Notes: generated by a model from the letters alone, not told the origin. A stretch of 64,000 nucleotides of DNA from Chloroflexota bacterium (GCA_018673955.1 JABHBJ010000093.1:10931-74930); one strand, 5' to 3'; shown: positions 28,084-38,528, numbered from the stretch's first letter. Program-made: numbers and translations.

Positions 28084-29442
28084 TTGATTCGGTCGGTTAC
28101 ACAACCGCGAAAACTAATAACGGAAAGTCAGCAATCCCACTTGGCCAAATTTGAAACTCAGCCGCTCGTATCTAGTGCGTTCGATCGAACCCAACTTCCC
28201 AACGGTCTTAGAATTCTCACCAGCACTTTTCGCCACACAAACGCCGTAAGTATCATTTTCCTATTCGGCGCTGGCTCCCGCTACGAAACTCCCGAGCTCG
28301 CCGGAGCTTCACACCTTTTCGAGCACATGCTCTTTAAAGGAACGCCAACCCGACCAACCCCAAAAGAGATTTCAGAAGTAGTAGAAGGCGTAGGCGGAAC
28401 TCTCAACGCATTCACCGATAGAGAAGTTACCGGCTACTGGTGCCGAGTCGCACAGCCCAACTACCGAGACAGCATAGACCTTCTCTCAGATATGACTCTA
28501 AATTCGTTCTTCAAAGACGAAGACATCGCCAAAGAGAAACAGGTTGTTTACGAAGAAATCCGTGCATCGAACGACTCACCAGGAGCTCGTGTTTCGATGC
28601 TCCTCGATGAACTAATGTGGCCAAATCAGCCTCTGGGACGTGACATCGCTGGCTCGGTCGAGTCAGTTGGTGCAATCAGCCGAGAGCAAATGCTCGAATA
28701 TCTCAAAACCCAGTACGTAGGTTCCAACACAGTCGTGGCTGTAGCAGGAAACATCGAACACGCCGACGTCGTCGAGCAGATCACCTCCTCACTCGGCGGA
28801 CTTCACGATGGCAAAATACTCCCGATGTTCCCGCACGAGTCTAAGCCTCTAACGAAGAGGGTTGCGCTCGAACACCGCCCAACAGAACAGGCCCACATCG
28901 CGTTCGGACTCGCAGGATTATCGAGTAGCGATCCAGATCGTCACGCACTTTCAATCATGTCGGTTATTCTTGGCGAAACCATGAGCAGTCGCCTGTTCGA
29001 AGAAGTACGCGAACAGCGAGGGCTCGCCTACGACATTCATAGCGGCGCACCCTTTTTGAGCGATTGCGGCGCATTGGTTGTCGAATCTGGAATCGATCCC
29101 GCACGTATCGACGAAGCGATTCCAGTGATACTCAACGAAATAGGAAAAATGCGTGACGGCGTTACTGAAGCTGAGTGGAAACAAGCCCTCGAACTCACGA
29201 AGGGTCGAATGATGCTTCGCATGGAAGAAAGTCGAGCCGTTTCGAGTTTCTTGGGTATCCAAGAGCTTCTTCGGAACAAAGTCGACAGCGTCGACGAAAT
29301 CATTGCCAAGATTACTGCCGTAACTCGCGAAGACATCAAACGAGCGGCAAACCGCGTGATCAAATCCGAAAACCTAGTTTTGTCGATCGTCGGGCCGTTC
29401 GACGACGCAAGCCACTTCGAAGATATGCTCACCTTCGACTAA
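28084..29442 (+). CDS. M16 (pitrilysin) family zinc peptidase
   Basis: GSRYE, HLFEH (HxxEH), NAFT and SSRLFEEVREQRGLAY. Start may be TTG at 28141. Confidence 0.92.
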   Translation: MIRSVTQPRKLITESQQSHLAKFETQPLVSSAFDRTQLPNGLRILTSTFRHTNAVSIIFLFGAGSRYETPELAGASHLFEHMLFKGTPTRPTPKEISEVVEGVGGTLNAFTDREVTGYWCRVAQPNYRDSIDLLSDMTLNSFFKDEDIAKEKQVVYEEIRASNDSPGARVSMLLDELMWPNQPLGRDIAGSVESVGAISREQMLEYLKTQYVGSNTVVAVAGNIEHADVVEQITSSLGGLHDGKILPMFPHESKPLTKRVALEHRPTEQAHIAFGLAGLSSSDPDRHALSIMSVILGETMSSRLFEEVREQRGLAYDIHSGAPFLSDCGALVVESGIDPARIDEAIPVILNEIGKMRDGVTEAEWKQALELTKGRMMLRMEESRAVSSFLGIQELLRNKVDSVDEIIAKITAVTREDIKRAANRVIKSENLVLSIVGPFDDASHFEDMLTFD

Positions 29443-29585
29443 TCTCTCGTTCAGGTTCTGCCAACGCACTGATCTGAACGTAACCGAGTGGTGCTCGATA
29501 TGGGATCAATCGAATTATGATTAATTCAAAAATCGATTAAGCGCGTAAAAAAAACGCTAGGGGTCGAAAAATAAACCGGCGTAGC

Positions 29586-30074
29586 TTGCTAGTTATGTTG
29601 ACAAGACAAGCACCTCCAAACGACTTCAAGTGGCAAGCAGACAACATCCGTGCGCTGCGTACTCACCTAGGTCTTTCACAAACTGCGCTCTCCCGAGAGA
29701 TTGGTATTCGGCAGCAGACGATCAGTGAGTGGGAGACCGCTATGTACGCACCTCGGGGAGCCTCTGTCACGATTCTCACTTTGCTAGCAGTCAGTTCGAA
29801 TTTCCAGTTCGAATCTGAATCTCAGGACGAAGACAAAATTCGACCACTGCTTGTCGAGAAACCGGCATCACACGTCTCACAAGGTCTCGCACCTCGCCGA
29901 CTGGCGGATTCCGGACCTGTGTCTGCGCGATCTCTACAATCAATGCCAGCCCAGCGATTAACGTTTGAAGCCGCTAAGGCCGCCCAAACTGATCGACGAA
30001 CCGGTACTTACAACTCGACATACTTTGAGACACCACCGTCAGCTACGGTTCGCCACCTCGAAGTACCTATGTAA
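29586..30074 (+). CDS. XRE/HTH_3 DNA-binding protein with a low-complexity C-terminal tail
   Basis: IRALRTHLGLSQTALSREIGIRQQTISEWE helix-turn-helix. Confidence 0.8.
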   Translation: MLVMLTRQAPPNDFKWQADNIRALRTHLGLSQTALSREIGIRQQTISEWETAMYAPRGASVTILTLLAVSSNFQFESESQDEDKIRPLLVEKPASHVSQGLAPRRLADSGPVSARSLQSMPAQRLTFEAAKAAQTDRRTGTYNSTYFETPPSATVRHLEVPM

Positions 30075-30145
30075 CAAGCAATAGCAATCAAAGCCCGCCA
30101 GATTCCAAAAATTTCTGAGGGCTAAATATCTCACCGATTTCGGCT

Positions 30146-30175
30146 TTGACTCTCTGATTACGGTGGGAATAGGAT
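30146..30175 (+). promoter_or_regulatory. Putative sigma70-type promoter
   Basis: TTGACT-N18-TAGGAT, 27 bp upstream of the Lrp-domain gene. Confidence 0.4.
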
Positions 30176-30202
30176 TGCGCCACTGATCAACGGAGAGATT
30201 AC

Positions 30203-30439
30203 TTGGCAACGCGTGCGTACATTCTGATCGAAACAGCTGCGGGAGAAACCAGTACCGTTTCAGACGCGCTGAAAGAAATGCCGATGATGAAAGCTGTCGA
30301 TACCGTAACTGGTCCGTTCGACATCATCGGAGTCGCAGAAGCCGACAATCTCCCCAGTATTGGCGATCTGATTAGCGACGGAATGCATAGCATTCCGGGC
30401 ATCATAAAAACCGTTACGTGTCTGTCGGTTAGAAGCTGA
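30203..30439 (+). CDS. Stand-alone Lrp/AsnC ligand-binding (RAM) domain protein
   Basis: AYILIET, VTGPFDII and IPGIIKTVT; GGAGAG RBS before TTG. Confidence 0.88.
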   Translation: MATRAYILIETAAGETSTVSDALKEMPMMKAVDTVTGPFDIIGVAEADNLPSIGDLISDGMHSIPGIIKTVTCLSVRS

Positions 30440-30484
30440 CGCACCGAGAGTCCTATCACAATATAGCGTGCGGACATTCACATA

Positions 30485-31660
30485 TTGCGCTTCGACTTCA
30501 CCCCTGAAGAAAAAAAATTCAAACGACAGCTAAGTTCATTTCTCGATGATGTGCTGCCTACCGATTGGCATGGCCCAGCCGACGAATCGCGCGACGATCA
30601 CTGGACGCTGAATCAGGACATCAAAAAAGGCCTAGCTGAGCGCGGTTGGCTCGTTATGAGCTGGCCAAAAGAGTACGGCGGCTCTGATTCATCACCGATG
30701 ATGAACACCATATTCGCCGAAGAGATGGCGTACAGGCGGGCTCCCGGTCACGATCGTTTTGGCACTCGCATGTTCGGACCAACCCTGATGCGGTTTGGCA
30801 CTGAAGAACAGCGTAAAAAACATCTCGGTTCGATAGCACGAGGTGAAATACAGTGGTGCCAGGGCTACTCAGAACCGAACTCAGGTTCCGATCTCGCTTC
30901 GCTCCAAACCCGTGCCATCGAAGACGGCGACGATTATTTAGTTACCGGCGCCAAAATTTGGACATCACTCGCGCACCGTGCCAACATGATGTTCATGCTC
31001 GTTCGAACCGATCTCGAAGCCACTCCACATAAAGGAATTAGCCTAGTGATGGTCGATATGAAATCTACCGGTATCGAGGTACTTCCAATCGTAAATATGG
31101 CAGGCGTACACAGCTTCAACCAAGTCGTATTCGACAACGTCCGCGTACCTAAATCTAATCTAGTCGGCGATCCAAACGACGGTTGGCGAGCTGGAATGAC
31201 CGTTCTCAACTTCGAACGCTCAGGAATCGACTATGCAGCGTGGGCACGAGCAGCCCTCGAAGAGATAGTCGACTACGTAAATAGTGATGAAGCGGCCGTG
31301 ACATCGGCAAAGACCGACCCTACCGTTAGGATCAAACTTGCCGAGCTTCACATGGAAGTCGAAGCAGCACGACTCATGTGCTACGACGTTTCTTATCGCC
31401 AAGGCAAGGGTCAAATACCCGCTTCAGAAGCCTCAATGAGCAAAGTCGCCGCATCTGAGGTTTATCTAAAGGTTCTCGACTACGGAGTTGAAATTCTTGG
31501 CATGTACGGCGTTCTCGAACCGGGTTCGAGTCAGGCTAAACTTCAGGGCAGATTTTTCAAAATGCGCCTGTTTTATACGTCTGGGCCAATTCTTGCTGGA
31601 ACAAACGAAATCCAGAAGAACATCATCGCTCAACGTGGACTCGGTCTTCCTCGTAAGTAG
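30485..31660 (+). CDS. Acyl-CoA dehydrogenase, FadE29/ChsE2-like subunit
   Basis: WPKEYGG, WCQGYSEPNSGSDLASL, KIWTS, FNQVVFDNVRVP, FER and AGTNEIQKNIIA. Confidence 0.92.
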   Translation: MRFDFTPEEKKFKRQLSSFLDDVLPTDWHGPADESRDDHWTLNQDIKKGLAERGWLVMSWPKEYGGSDSSPMMNTIFAEEMAYRRAPGHDRFGTRMFGPTLMRFGTEEQRKKHLGSIARGEIQWCQGYSEPNSGSDLASLQTRAIEDGDDYLVTGAKIWTSLAHRANMMFMLVRTDLEATPHKGISLVMVDMKSTGIEVLPIVNMAGVHSFNQVVFDNVRVPKSNLVGDPNDGWRAGMTVLNFERSGIDYAAWARAALEEIVDYVNSDEAAVTSAKTDPTVRIKLAELHMEVEAARLMCYDVSYRQGKGQIPASEASMSKVAASEVYLKVLDYGVEILGMYGVLEPGSSQAKLQGRFFKMRLFYTSGPILAGTNEIQKNIIAQRGLGLPRK

Positions 31661-31677
31661 GAAAAGAGGATCGCCAA

Positions 31678-32796
31678 TTGGACTTCGGACTCACAGAAAC
31701 TCAAGAACTAATTCGAGCCTCGGCTCGAGAATTCCTCGAAGACCGTTCGAAGTCCGACATCGTTCGCTCTGTTGCTGAAGGCGATAACGAAGCTATCACA
31801 TCGCTCTGGAAAGACATCGTCGATCTCGGATGGCCATCACTTACCATCTCCGAAGATCATGCCGGAGCAGGAATGTCGTTTAGCGATTTAGCGGTGCTAC
31901 TGGAAGAACTTGGTGCGAGCCTTGCACCCACGCCGTTAGTCGAATCGTCGATCTGCTCATGGGTAATCGAACGATTCGCTCCAGACTCGCTCAAATCCGA
32001 CCTACTGCCTCAAATCGCAAATGGCGACATTCTCATCACCCCGGCAATAGTCGAACAAGATGCGTCATGGGATCCTGAATCGACCAAAGTTGCCGCCACT
32101 CGATCTGGATCAACTCTCGTAATAACCGGCGAAAAACGATTCGTCGCCTTCGCTGAACAGGCAACCCATGCGCTTACTCTCGTTCGGATAGACAACGAAG
32201 AACCAGCCCTCGTTGCGATACCAATTTGGAAAGCTGACGGCGTTGAACAAACTCCTCTCGCTCATGCATCAGGCGTTCCCGTTTCATCACTAACGTTCAA
32301 CGAGCTAGAAATACCAGTTGGCAACATAATCGCCGCGGAGAACGAAGCGATCAAAGCAGTTGAAGAACTTACGGCTGCCGGAGGAGTAGCGCGTGCAGCT
32401 CAACTCGCCGGGCTAGGTAGAGCCGTTGTCGATGCCACTGTCGACTACACAGCCAATCGAGAACAGTTTGGGCGCCCTGTAGGAACGTTCCAAGCGGTTC
32501 AACATCACCTCGCCGAAATGGCAATAGCTGCAAAGCAAGTCAATCATCTCGCATATTCAGCGGCTTGGACTTTCTCACAAGAAGGATATTCCGTAGTCGC
32601 CGCAGCACAGGCGAAAATTGCAGCAAGCGATAAAATTGCTGAACTATGTTGGACGGCTCATCAGTGCCATGGTGCTATCGGATTCACTTGGGAACATAAC
32701 CTGCACCTGTACACTCGCAGAGCACTAGCTTGGAAAACCGATTACGGTGATTCAGCGTTTCATAAATCGAAATTAGCAAACGCTATGGGTCTATAA
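31678..32796 (+). CDS. Acyl-CoA dehydrogenase, FadE28/ChsE1-like partner subunit
   Basis: REQFGRPVGTFQAVQHHLA and HGAIGFTWEHNLHLY; lacks the EP-x-GSD motif. Confidence 0.88.
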   Translation: MDFGLTETQELIRASAREFLEDRSKSDIVRSVAEGDNEAITSLWKDIVDLGWPSLTISEDHAGAGMSFSDLAVLLEELGASLAPTPLVESSICSWVIERFAPDSLKSDLLPQIANGDILITPAIVEQDASWDPESTKVAATRSGSTLVITGEKRFVAFAEQATHALTLVRIDNEEPALVAIPIWKADGVEQTPLAHASGVPVSSLTFNELEIPVGNIIAAENEAIKAVEELTAAGGVARAAQLAGLGRAVVDATVDYTANREQFGRPVGTFQAVQHHLAEMAIAAKQVNHLAYSAAWTFSQEGYSVVAAAQAKIAASDKIAELCWTAHQCHGAIGFTWEHNLHLYTRRALAWKTDYGDSAFHKSKLANAMGL

Positions 32797-32810
32797 GGAA
32801 TTTACTAGTA

Positions 32811-33209
32811 ATGTGGTGGACCGCAGAAGAAGAAAAAAACCAGCTACGACACGACGACTGCCTGTTTTGCAAGATCGTCCGTGGCGAAGAACAATCGACC
32901 GAAATCTACTCCGACGATCAGTGCATGGCGTTCAACGACATCAACCCTGTCGCTAATGTTCATGTCCTAATCGTCCCTCGTGACCACTTCACCTATCTAA
33001 CCGCATCCACAGAGCAGCACGAACAGCTCCTCGGGCACCTGATGCGAATTGGCGCACAAGTAGCACGATTAACTGGCATTTCCGAAGGCGGCTATCGGTT
33101 GGCGGTGAATCAAGGAGTCGACGCCGGCCAAATAGTAGACCATCTTCACCTTCACGTACTAGGTGGCGGAATTCTCGACAAGCTTGGCACACCGCTTGGT
33201 CCGTCGTAG
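32811..33209 (+). CDS. HIT family (histidine triad nucleotide-binding) protein
   Basis: DCLFCKI, DINP, HVLIVP and AGQIVDHLHLHVLGG. Confidence 0.92.
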   Translation: MWWTAEEEKNQLRHDDCLFCKIVRGEEQSTEIYSDDQCMAFNDINPVANVHVLIVPRDHFTYLTASTEQHEQLLGHLMRIGAQVARLTGISEGGYRLAVNQGVDAGQIVDHLHLHVLGGGILDKLGTPLGPS

Positions 33210-33272
33210 CAACCGCGGGAAACGCACAAACTTCTAGCTCGAAACAAGTTCATTTGAAGGGCTAAAGAATTA

Positions 33273-34538
33273 GTGAGAGTCGGATTTCCGTCCATTCTGT
33301 CGGGTACTAGTTACTCGGCATTTAGATTCCGTGAATATCGACTGTTCTGGATAGCCGCAGCATTTTCCAACATCGGCATGTGGTCGCTGGTCTACGGTCG
33401 TCTGTTTCTAATGCGATCGCTAACCGGTTCTGAGCTAATGCTCGGACTCGTTGCCACAGCAAACTTATTGCCGGTGTTGATCTTTTCCATGTGGGGCGGC
33501 GTCCTCGCCGATCGCTTCAATCGCCTGAAAATCGTTCGATTTACTCGGCTCATGTTCGCCGTGGTCACGCTTGGAACAGGCGTACTTATCCAAAGCGGCT
33601 CGATCGAACCTTGGCACATCCTGACGATATCGGCAGTCACCGGCACGCTCCTGGCGTTCGACATACCGTCACGATCTGCAATGGTCGCAACCATAGTTCC
33701 AAAAGAACATCTTGCCGGAGCGATAGCGCTCTACTCGATCGTATTCGGAGCGGCTGCAATCGTCGGGCCTATCTTGATCGAACCTCTCGTATCAAGCTGG
33801 GGTTACGAAGGGTTGTTCTACATCATCGGAACTTCCTACGTGCTCACCGTCGGCACGCTGATGATGATGAAAACTGAAGGCCATAAGGTAGCCTCAACGA
33901 GCCGAACGGCAATACAAGGATTGCTTCAAGGATTCAGTTATCTAAAAAATCAACGCTCGATTTCAGCTGTCATATTACTCGGTGTCACGATGGGCTTGTT
34001 CGGAAGTTCGTTCGACACGCTTCTGCCTGTTTTCGCAGACGAGATTTACGAAACAGGTCTTGATGTTGGCGGTCGCCTACTTCTCGGTGCTGGTATCGGT
34101 GGATTAATAGCCACTACCGCGATCACCTTGATCGGCAAACGAGTCAGGCCGGCGCTGTATCTCCTTATCGCTGGCTTAGGACTTGGATCAGCGCAATTAA
34201 TATTTTCTCGTATCGACGTAATAGCGGTCGCCGTAATAGTCGCCGGGTTCATCGGTGGCTTCAAGGTAGTGTTAGGAACGATGAACACCACAGTGGTTCA
34301 AACCCTCGTCGACGAAGAGTTCCGCGGTCGGGTGATGAGCATCAACCAGCTCACGTGGGGAGCCTCTGCACTAGGTGGTCTGTTGATGGGCTACATGGCA
34401 GAACGTTTTGACGCTCCAACCGCCATGACCCTCGGCGGAGCGATCGCCATCCTCGCCACGATACTGGTCGGTCAACGTCTTGTCCGCAGTTTCGGAATCG
34501 GATCAAAACCAAGGCAGGAATACGACTCGACAGACTAA
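33273..34538 (+). CDS. MFS transporter (MFS_3/EntS-like)
   Basis: GGVLADRFNR, FDIPSRSA, EFRGRVMS and about 12 hydrophobic segments. Confidence 0.88.
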   Translation: MRVGFPSILSGTSYSAFRFREYRLFWIAAAFSNIGMWSLVYGRLFLMRSLTGSELMLGLVATANLLPVLIFSMWGGVLADRFNRLKIVRFTRLMFAVVTLGTGVLIQSGSIEPWHILTISAVTGTLLAFDIPSRSAMVATIVPKEHLAGAIALYSIVFGAAAIVGPILIEPLVSSWGYEGLFYIIGTSYVLTVGTLMMMKTEGHKVASTSRTAIQGLLQGFSYLKNQRSISAVILLGVTMGLFGSSFDTLLPVFADEIYETGLDVGGRLLLGAGIGGLIATTAITLIGKRVRPALYLLIAGLGLGSAQLIFSRIDVIAVAVIVAGFIGGFKVVLGTMNTTVVQTLVDEEFRGRVMSINQLTWGASALGGLLMGYMAERFDAPTAMTLGGAIAILATILVGQRLVRSFGIGSKPRQEYDSTD

Positions 34539-34800
34539 ATGCCAGCCTGACTCAACCCTAATTAATACTAAAGAATCACTTTCTATACTTTATCGCATGT
34601 ATCTCTCTGCCCATATTTCGCAAATTGTTAGTTGCGGCTAACACCTCTCTGTGGGCATAATGAGCGCGCTTACCTAGGCACAAAGTTGTACTGTGTCCGA
34701 ATGGTGGGCCCGGATATGAAAATAAGCCCGGGGTTTTTTGCTGATATTTCTGTGTTGCCAGCTTGAACTATTTGAATAAACACACGAAAGGAGAGGGCGC

Positions 34801-35670
34801 TTGCACCCGTTTGCATACGTTGCCCCAAGCACGGTAGCTGAAGCAGTTGCCGAGCTAAACAAACATGGCGATCGAGCCCGACCACTTGCAGGTGGAACTG
34901 ACCTGCTGGTTAAGGCACGAGCCAACGTCTGGGAGCTAGATGCCGTTGTCGACATCAAGAACATTCCAGAACTTATGACACTAACCGTAAATGGCAGTGG
35001 TCTCAGCATTGGCGCTGGCGTGCCTTGCTACCAGGTATACGACAACAGCGAAGTAGCTGCTCAGTACCCTGGAATCGTCGATGGCGCATCGATCATCGGT
35101 GGAATCCAAGTTCAGTCTCGTGCTGGCCTCGGTGGAAACCTTTGCAACGCTGCACCTTCTGGCGATGGAATCCCGTCTCTAATCGCACATAGTGCGGTTG
35201 CAGTAATCGCAAATGCCAGTGGCACTCGCGAAGTTGCAGTCGAAGATTTCTGCACCGGACCAAGCCGAACGGTTCTCGAATCTGGCGATCTTCTCGTCAG
35301 TATCGAAGTTCCTAAGCCTGCCGCAAATACAGGCGCAGCTTACACACGCTTCATCCCTCGAAATGAGATGGACATCGCTGTCGCTGGTGTAGCCGCATTT
35401 GTTCAGCTCGATGCTTCGGGTAAGAACTTTGAATCTGCACGAATCGCTCTCGCATCTGTCGGCCCTACGCCTATTTTGGCGTCAGCCGCTGGCGACAGCC
35501 TTGCTGGTAAGCCGGTAAACGACGAGACAATCGCCGCTGCCGCTGCTCTTGCTAAGGATGCTGCAACACCGATTACCGACATGCGCGGTACGGTCGAACA
35601 GCGAAAACAACTCGTAGAAGTCCTCACTGGCCGAATGATCAACAAGGCCGTTGAACGGGCAAGGGGCTAA
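34801..35670 (+). CDS. Xanthine dehydrogenase / CoxM family FAD-binding medium subunit
   Basis: LAGGTDL, IGGIQVQSRAGLGGNLCNAAPSGD and PITDMRGT; strong RBS GAAAGGAG before TTG. Confidence 0.92.
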   Translation: MHPFAYVAPSTVAEAVAELNKHGDRARPLAGGTDLLVKARANVWELDAVVDIKNIPELMTLTVNGSGLSIGAGVPCYQVYDNSEVAAQYPGIVDGASIIGGIQVQSRAGLGGNLCNAAPSGDGIPSLIAHSAVAVIANASGTREVAVEDFCTGPSRTVLESGDLLVSIEVPKPAANTGAAYTRFIPRNEMDIAVAGVAAFVQLDASGKNFESARIALASVGPTPILASAAGDSLAGKPVNDETIAAAAALAKDAATPITDMRGTVEQRKQLVEVLTGRMINKAVERARG

Positions 35671-35679
35671 AGCACCAAC

Positions 35680-36156
35680 ATGACTACTAACTCCCCAAGC
35701 AAGGTTCACGTAACAACGACCATTAATGGTCAGCAGCACGAATTACTCGTGCCCGGTTACATGAGCTTGCTCGACACACTTCGTGAACTAATTGGCCTCA
35801 CTGGCACCAAAGAAGGTTGTCTTGACGGCAACTGTGGTGCTTGCACGGTCAACATTGACGGCCGAATCGTCGACTCCTGCCTCGTTTTAGGTGCAGAAGT
35901 AAACGGCAAGGAAGTCAACACAGTCGAAGGAATGGCAACGCCAGAGGGACTTCACCCTCTTCAGCAGGCATTCCTCGAAGAGGCAGCATTGCAGTGCGGT
36001 ATTTGCACTCCTGGCTTCCTCGTAGCTGCAAAGGGCCTACTGGACAACGAACCTTCACCTACTGAAGGTCGAATCCGACACTGGCTCGCAGGAAACCTCT
36101 GCCGATGTACCGGCTACGACAAGATTGTCCGAGCTGTACAAAAAGTAAGTGACTAA
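35680..36156 (+). CDS. Xanthine dehydrogenase / CoxS family 2Fe-2S small subunit
   Basis: GTKEGCLDGNCGACTV, QCGICTPG and GNLCRCTGY. Confidence 0.95.
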   Translation: MTTNSPSKVHVTTTINGQQHELLVPGYMSLLDTLRELIGLTGTKEGCLDGNCGACTVNIDGRIVDSCLVLGAEVNGKEVNTVEGMATPEGLHPLQQAFLEEAALQCGICTPGFLVAAKGLLDNEPSPTEGRIRHWLAGNLCRCTGYDKIVRAVQKVSD

Positions 36157-36172
36157 GACGCAATTCCAGATG

Positions 36173-36209
36173 ACCACCGCCTGATCTAATTCAAGCATCA
36201 GGCGGTGGT
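36173..36209. other. Intra-operon hairpin
   Basis: ACCACCGCCTGAT/ATCAGGCGGTGGT, a perfect 13-bp stem with a poor U-tail. Confidence 0.65.
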
Positions 36210-36257
36210 TCTCTAAAAACATCTGGCCCAGTCGAACTCAGGCCCGGAGAGAACATT

Positions 36258-38528
36258 ATGGTCGCAACATTTGAGCCAAAAACCGATTACAAAGTAGTTG
36301 GAACACGCCCAATCCGTCACGATGGATACGACAAAGTAACTGGTCGAGCGATATACGGCGCAGACGTAAAACTACCCGGATTAATCTGGGCAGTCTGCGT
36401 TCGAAGTCCTCACGCTCACGCCAACATCAAGTCAATCGACACCTCGGCTGCTGAAGCCCATGAAGGCGTATTTGCAGTCATCACTGGCGCAGACATGCCG
36501 AAGGCCGAAAGCAAGCTAGTCGACCTCGGTGAAGGCAACATCAACTTCAAGTGGGCATCAAACAAATTGATGGCCGATGACAAGGTTCTTTACCGTGGTC
36601 ACCCAGTAGCAGCCATCGCTGCTATCGACCGATACACAGCCGAAGAAGCTGCTCGTAAAGTTGTTGTTGAATACGAAGTTCTGCCATCAGTAACTAACGT
36701 AATCGATGCGCTGAAAGACGATGCACCGGTAATTCTTCCCGACATGGTTGGAGACGACCTCGGTGAAGATGTAACCAACACCAACATGGCGGCACACGTT
36801 CGACACGAGTTCGGCGATGTTGCAGGCGCAATGGCATCTGCAGCTCACACCGTTGAGCGCGAGTACAACATGCAGATGGTCCATCAAGGATACATCGAAC
36901 CCCAAAACGCAACTGCAACGTGGGATGAAGAAGACCGAATCAAGATCTGGACAAGCACGCAGGGTGCATTCCCGGCACGAACTCAGATCGCCGGAATTCT
37001 TCAAGTTGATGTTTCTCGGGTAAAAGTCACACCAACTGAAATTGGTGGCGGCTTCGGTGGAAAGATTCCGGTCTACTTCGAGCCTCTCGCAGCAATTCTC
37101 TCTAAGAAGTCACAACGCCCAGTAAAAATGGTCATGGAACGAACAGCCGTGTTTGAGACAACTGGTCCAACACCGGGTGCTCGAATGATCATCAAGCTCG
37201 GTGCAGACGCCAACGGCAAGTTGACTGCTGCTACCGCCGACATCTGGTTCGAAGCAGGCGCCAACCCCGGTGCCTTCATCGGTCCAGCCGCTATGTGCAT
37301 CTATGCTCCCTACGAGATTCCAAACACCCGTATCGACGGTTGGGACGTTCTCGTAAACAAGCCAAAGGTCGCTCCTTACCGAGCACCGGGTTCTCCTCAA
37401 GTCGCATTCGCAATGGAATCGGCCGTGAACGAACTATGTGAAAACGCTGGATGGGACCCTCTAAATTTCCGAATCGATAACGCTTCTAAAGAAGGAACAC
37501 GTCGTGGAGACGGAGTTCTGTTCTCGAAAATCGGAATGCAGGAAGTTCTCGAAGCAACCAAAGAATCTGCTCACTGGAACGCCCCTATTGGCGACGCTCC
37601 AGAAGGCAAGGTCCGCGGTCGTGGAATCGCAAACGGGTACTGGTTCAACATCGGACTCAAGTCGTCAGCAAACCTCGCCGTAAACAGCGATGGAACTGTG
37701 CAATTAACAGAAGGTTCGACCGACATCGGTGGTTCCCGAACGTCGATGGCAATGCACGTTGCTGAAGTTCTCGGCATTGGCGCACATGACGTTCGACCTA
37801 CAGTTGGCGACACAGAATCAGTCGGCTATACCGATGTAACTGGCGGTTCTCGAACTACCTACGCAACCGGTTACGCCTGCTGGATCGCTGCCAACAACCT
37901 TGTGGACGTACTAAAGGAACGGGTAGCCGTTCTTTGGGACATCGACAAGGACGATGTTGAATTCAACGATGGTTCATTCAGCTCTAAGGCTGAAGCTCAG
38001 AAGACGATTGGATTCAAGGAACTCGCCGGCAAGCTCGACGACCTCGGCGGTCCTGCGAACTCAACCGGCAGTGTCGACCTCGAATCGGCTGGTGACGGCT
38101 TCGGCTTGCACATTGCTGACATCGAAATCGATCTGGCTACTGGCAAGAGCGATATCATCCGATACACGGCTGTACAAGACGTTGGAACTGCAATTCACCC
38201 CGCATATGTCGAAGGACAGTTGCAGGGCGGATCAGTTCAGGGAATCGGTTGGGCACTCAACGAGGAGTACTACATGCAGGACGATGGCAAGATGGCCAAC
38301 TCCAGCTTCCTCGACTACCGCATGCCGACAACGCTTGATCTACCAATGATCGAAACAGTGTTGGTCGAAGTACCTAACCCGCTTCACCCTTACGGTGTTC
38401 GTGGTGTTGGAGAAACTCCGATCTGCCCTCCAATTCCAGCGATCGCTAATGCGATCAACGATGCGTTGGGCAAACGGCTCTACAACACACCTATGAATGC
38501 AGGCAGCATTCTCAAAGCCCTGAAATAG
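36258..38528 (+). CDS. Xanthine dehydrogenase family molybdopterin-binding subunit (L1)
   Basis: RSPHAHA, HQGYIEP, STQG, GGGFGGK, APYRAPG, TGGSR, VEGQLQGG and RGVGE. Confidence 0.93.
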   Translation: MVATFEPKTDYKVVGTRPIRHDGYDKVTGRAIYGADVKLPGLIWAVCVRSPHAHANIKSIDTSAAEAHEGVFAVITGADMPKAESKLVDLGEGNINFKWASNKLMADDKVLYRGHPVAAIAAIDRYTAEEAARKVVVEYEVLPSVTNVIDALKDDAPVILPDMVGDDLGEDVTNTNMAAHVRHEFGDVAGAMASAAHTVEREYNMQMVHQGYIEPQNATATWDEEDRIKIWTSTQGAFPARTQIAGILQVDVSRVKVTPTEIGGGFGGKIPVYFEPLAAILSKKSQRPVKMVMERTAVFETTGPTPGARMIIKLGADANGKLTAATADIWFEAGANPGAFIGPAAMCIYAPYEIPNTRIDGWDVLVNKPKVAPYRAPGSPQVAFAMESAVNELCENAGWDPLNFRIDNASKEGTRRGDGVLFSKIGMQEVLEATKESAHWNAPIGDAPEGKVRGRGIANGYWFNIGLKSSANLAVNSDGTVQLTEGSTDIGGSRTSMAMHVAEVLGIGAHDVRPTVGDTESVGYTDVTGGSRTTYATGYACWIAANNLVDVLKERVAVLWDIDKDDVEFNDGSFSSKAEAQKTIGFKELAGKLDDLGGPANSTGSVDLESAGDGFGLHIADIEIDLATGKSDIIRYTAVQDVGTAIHPAYVEGQLQGGSVQGIGWALNEEYYMQDDGKMANSSFLDYRMPTTLDLPMIETVLVEVPNPLHPYGVRGVGETPICPPIPAIANAINDALGKRLYNTPMNAGSILKALK

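Noticed and set aside
34600-34800. Moco riboswitch upstream of the molybdoenzyme operon
   Set aside because: Only GAAAGGAG matches, and that is simply the RBS; the other conserved elements are not visible.
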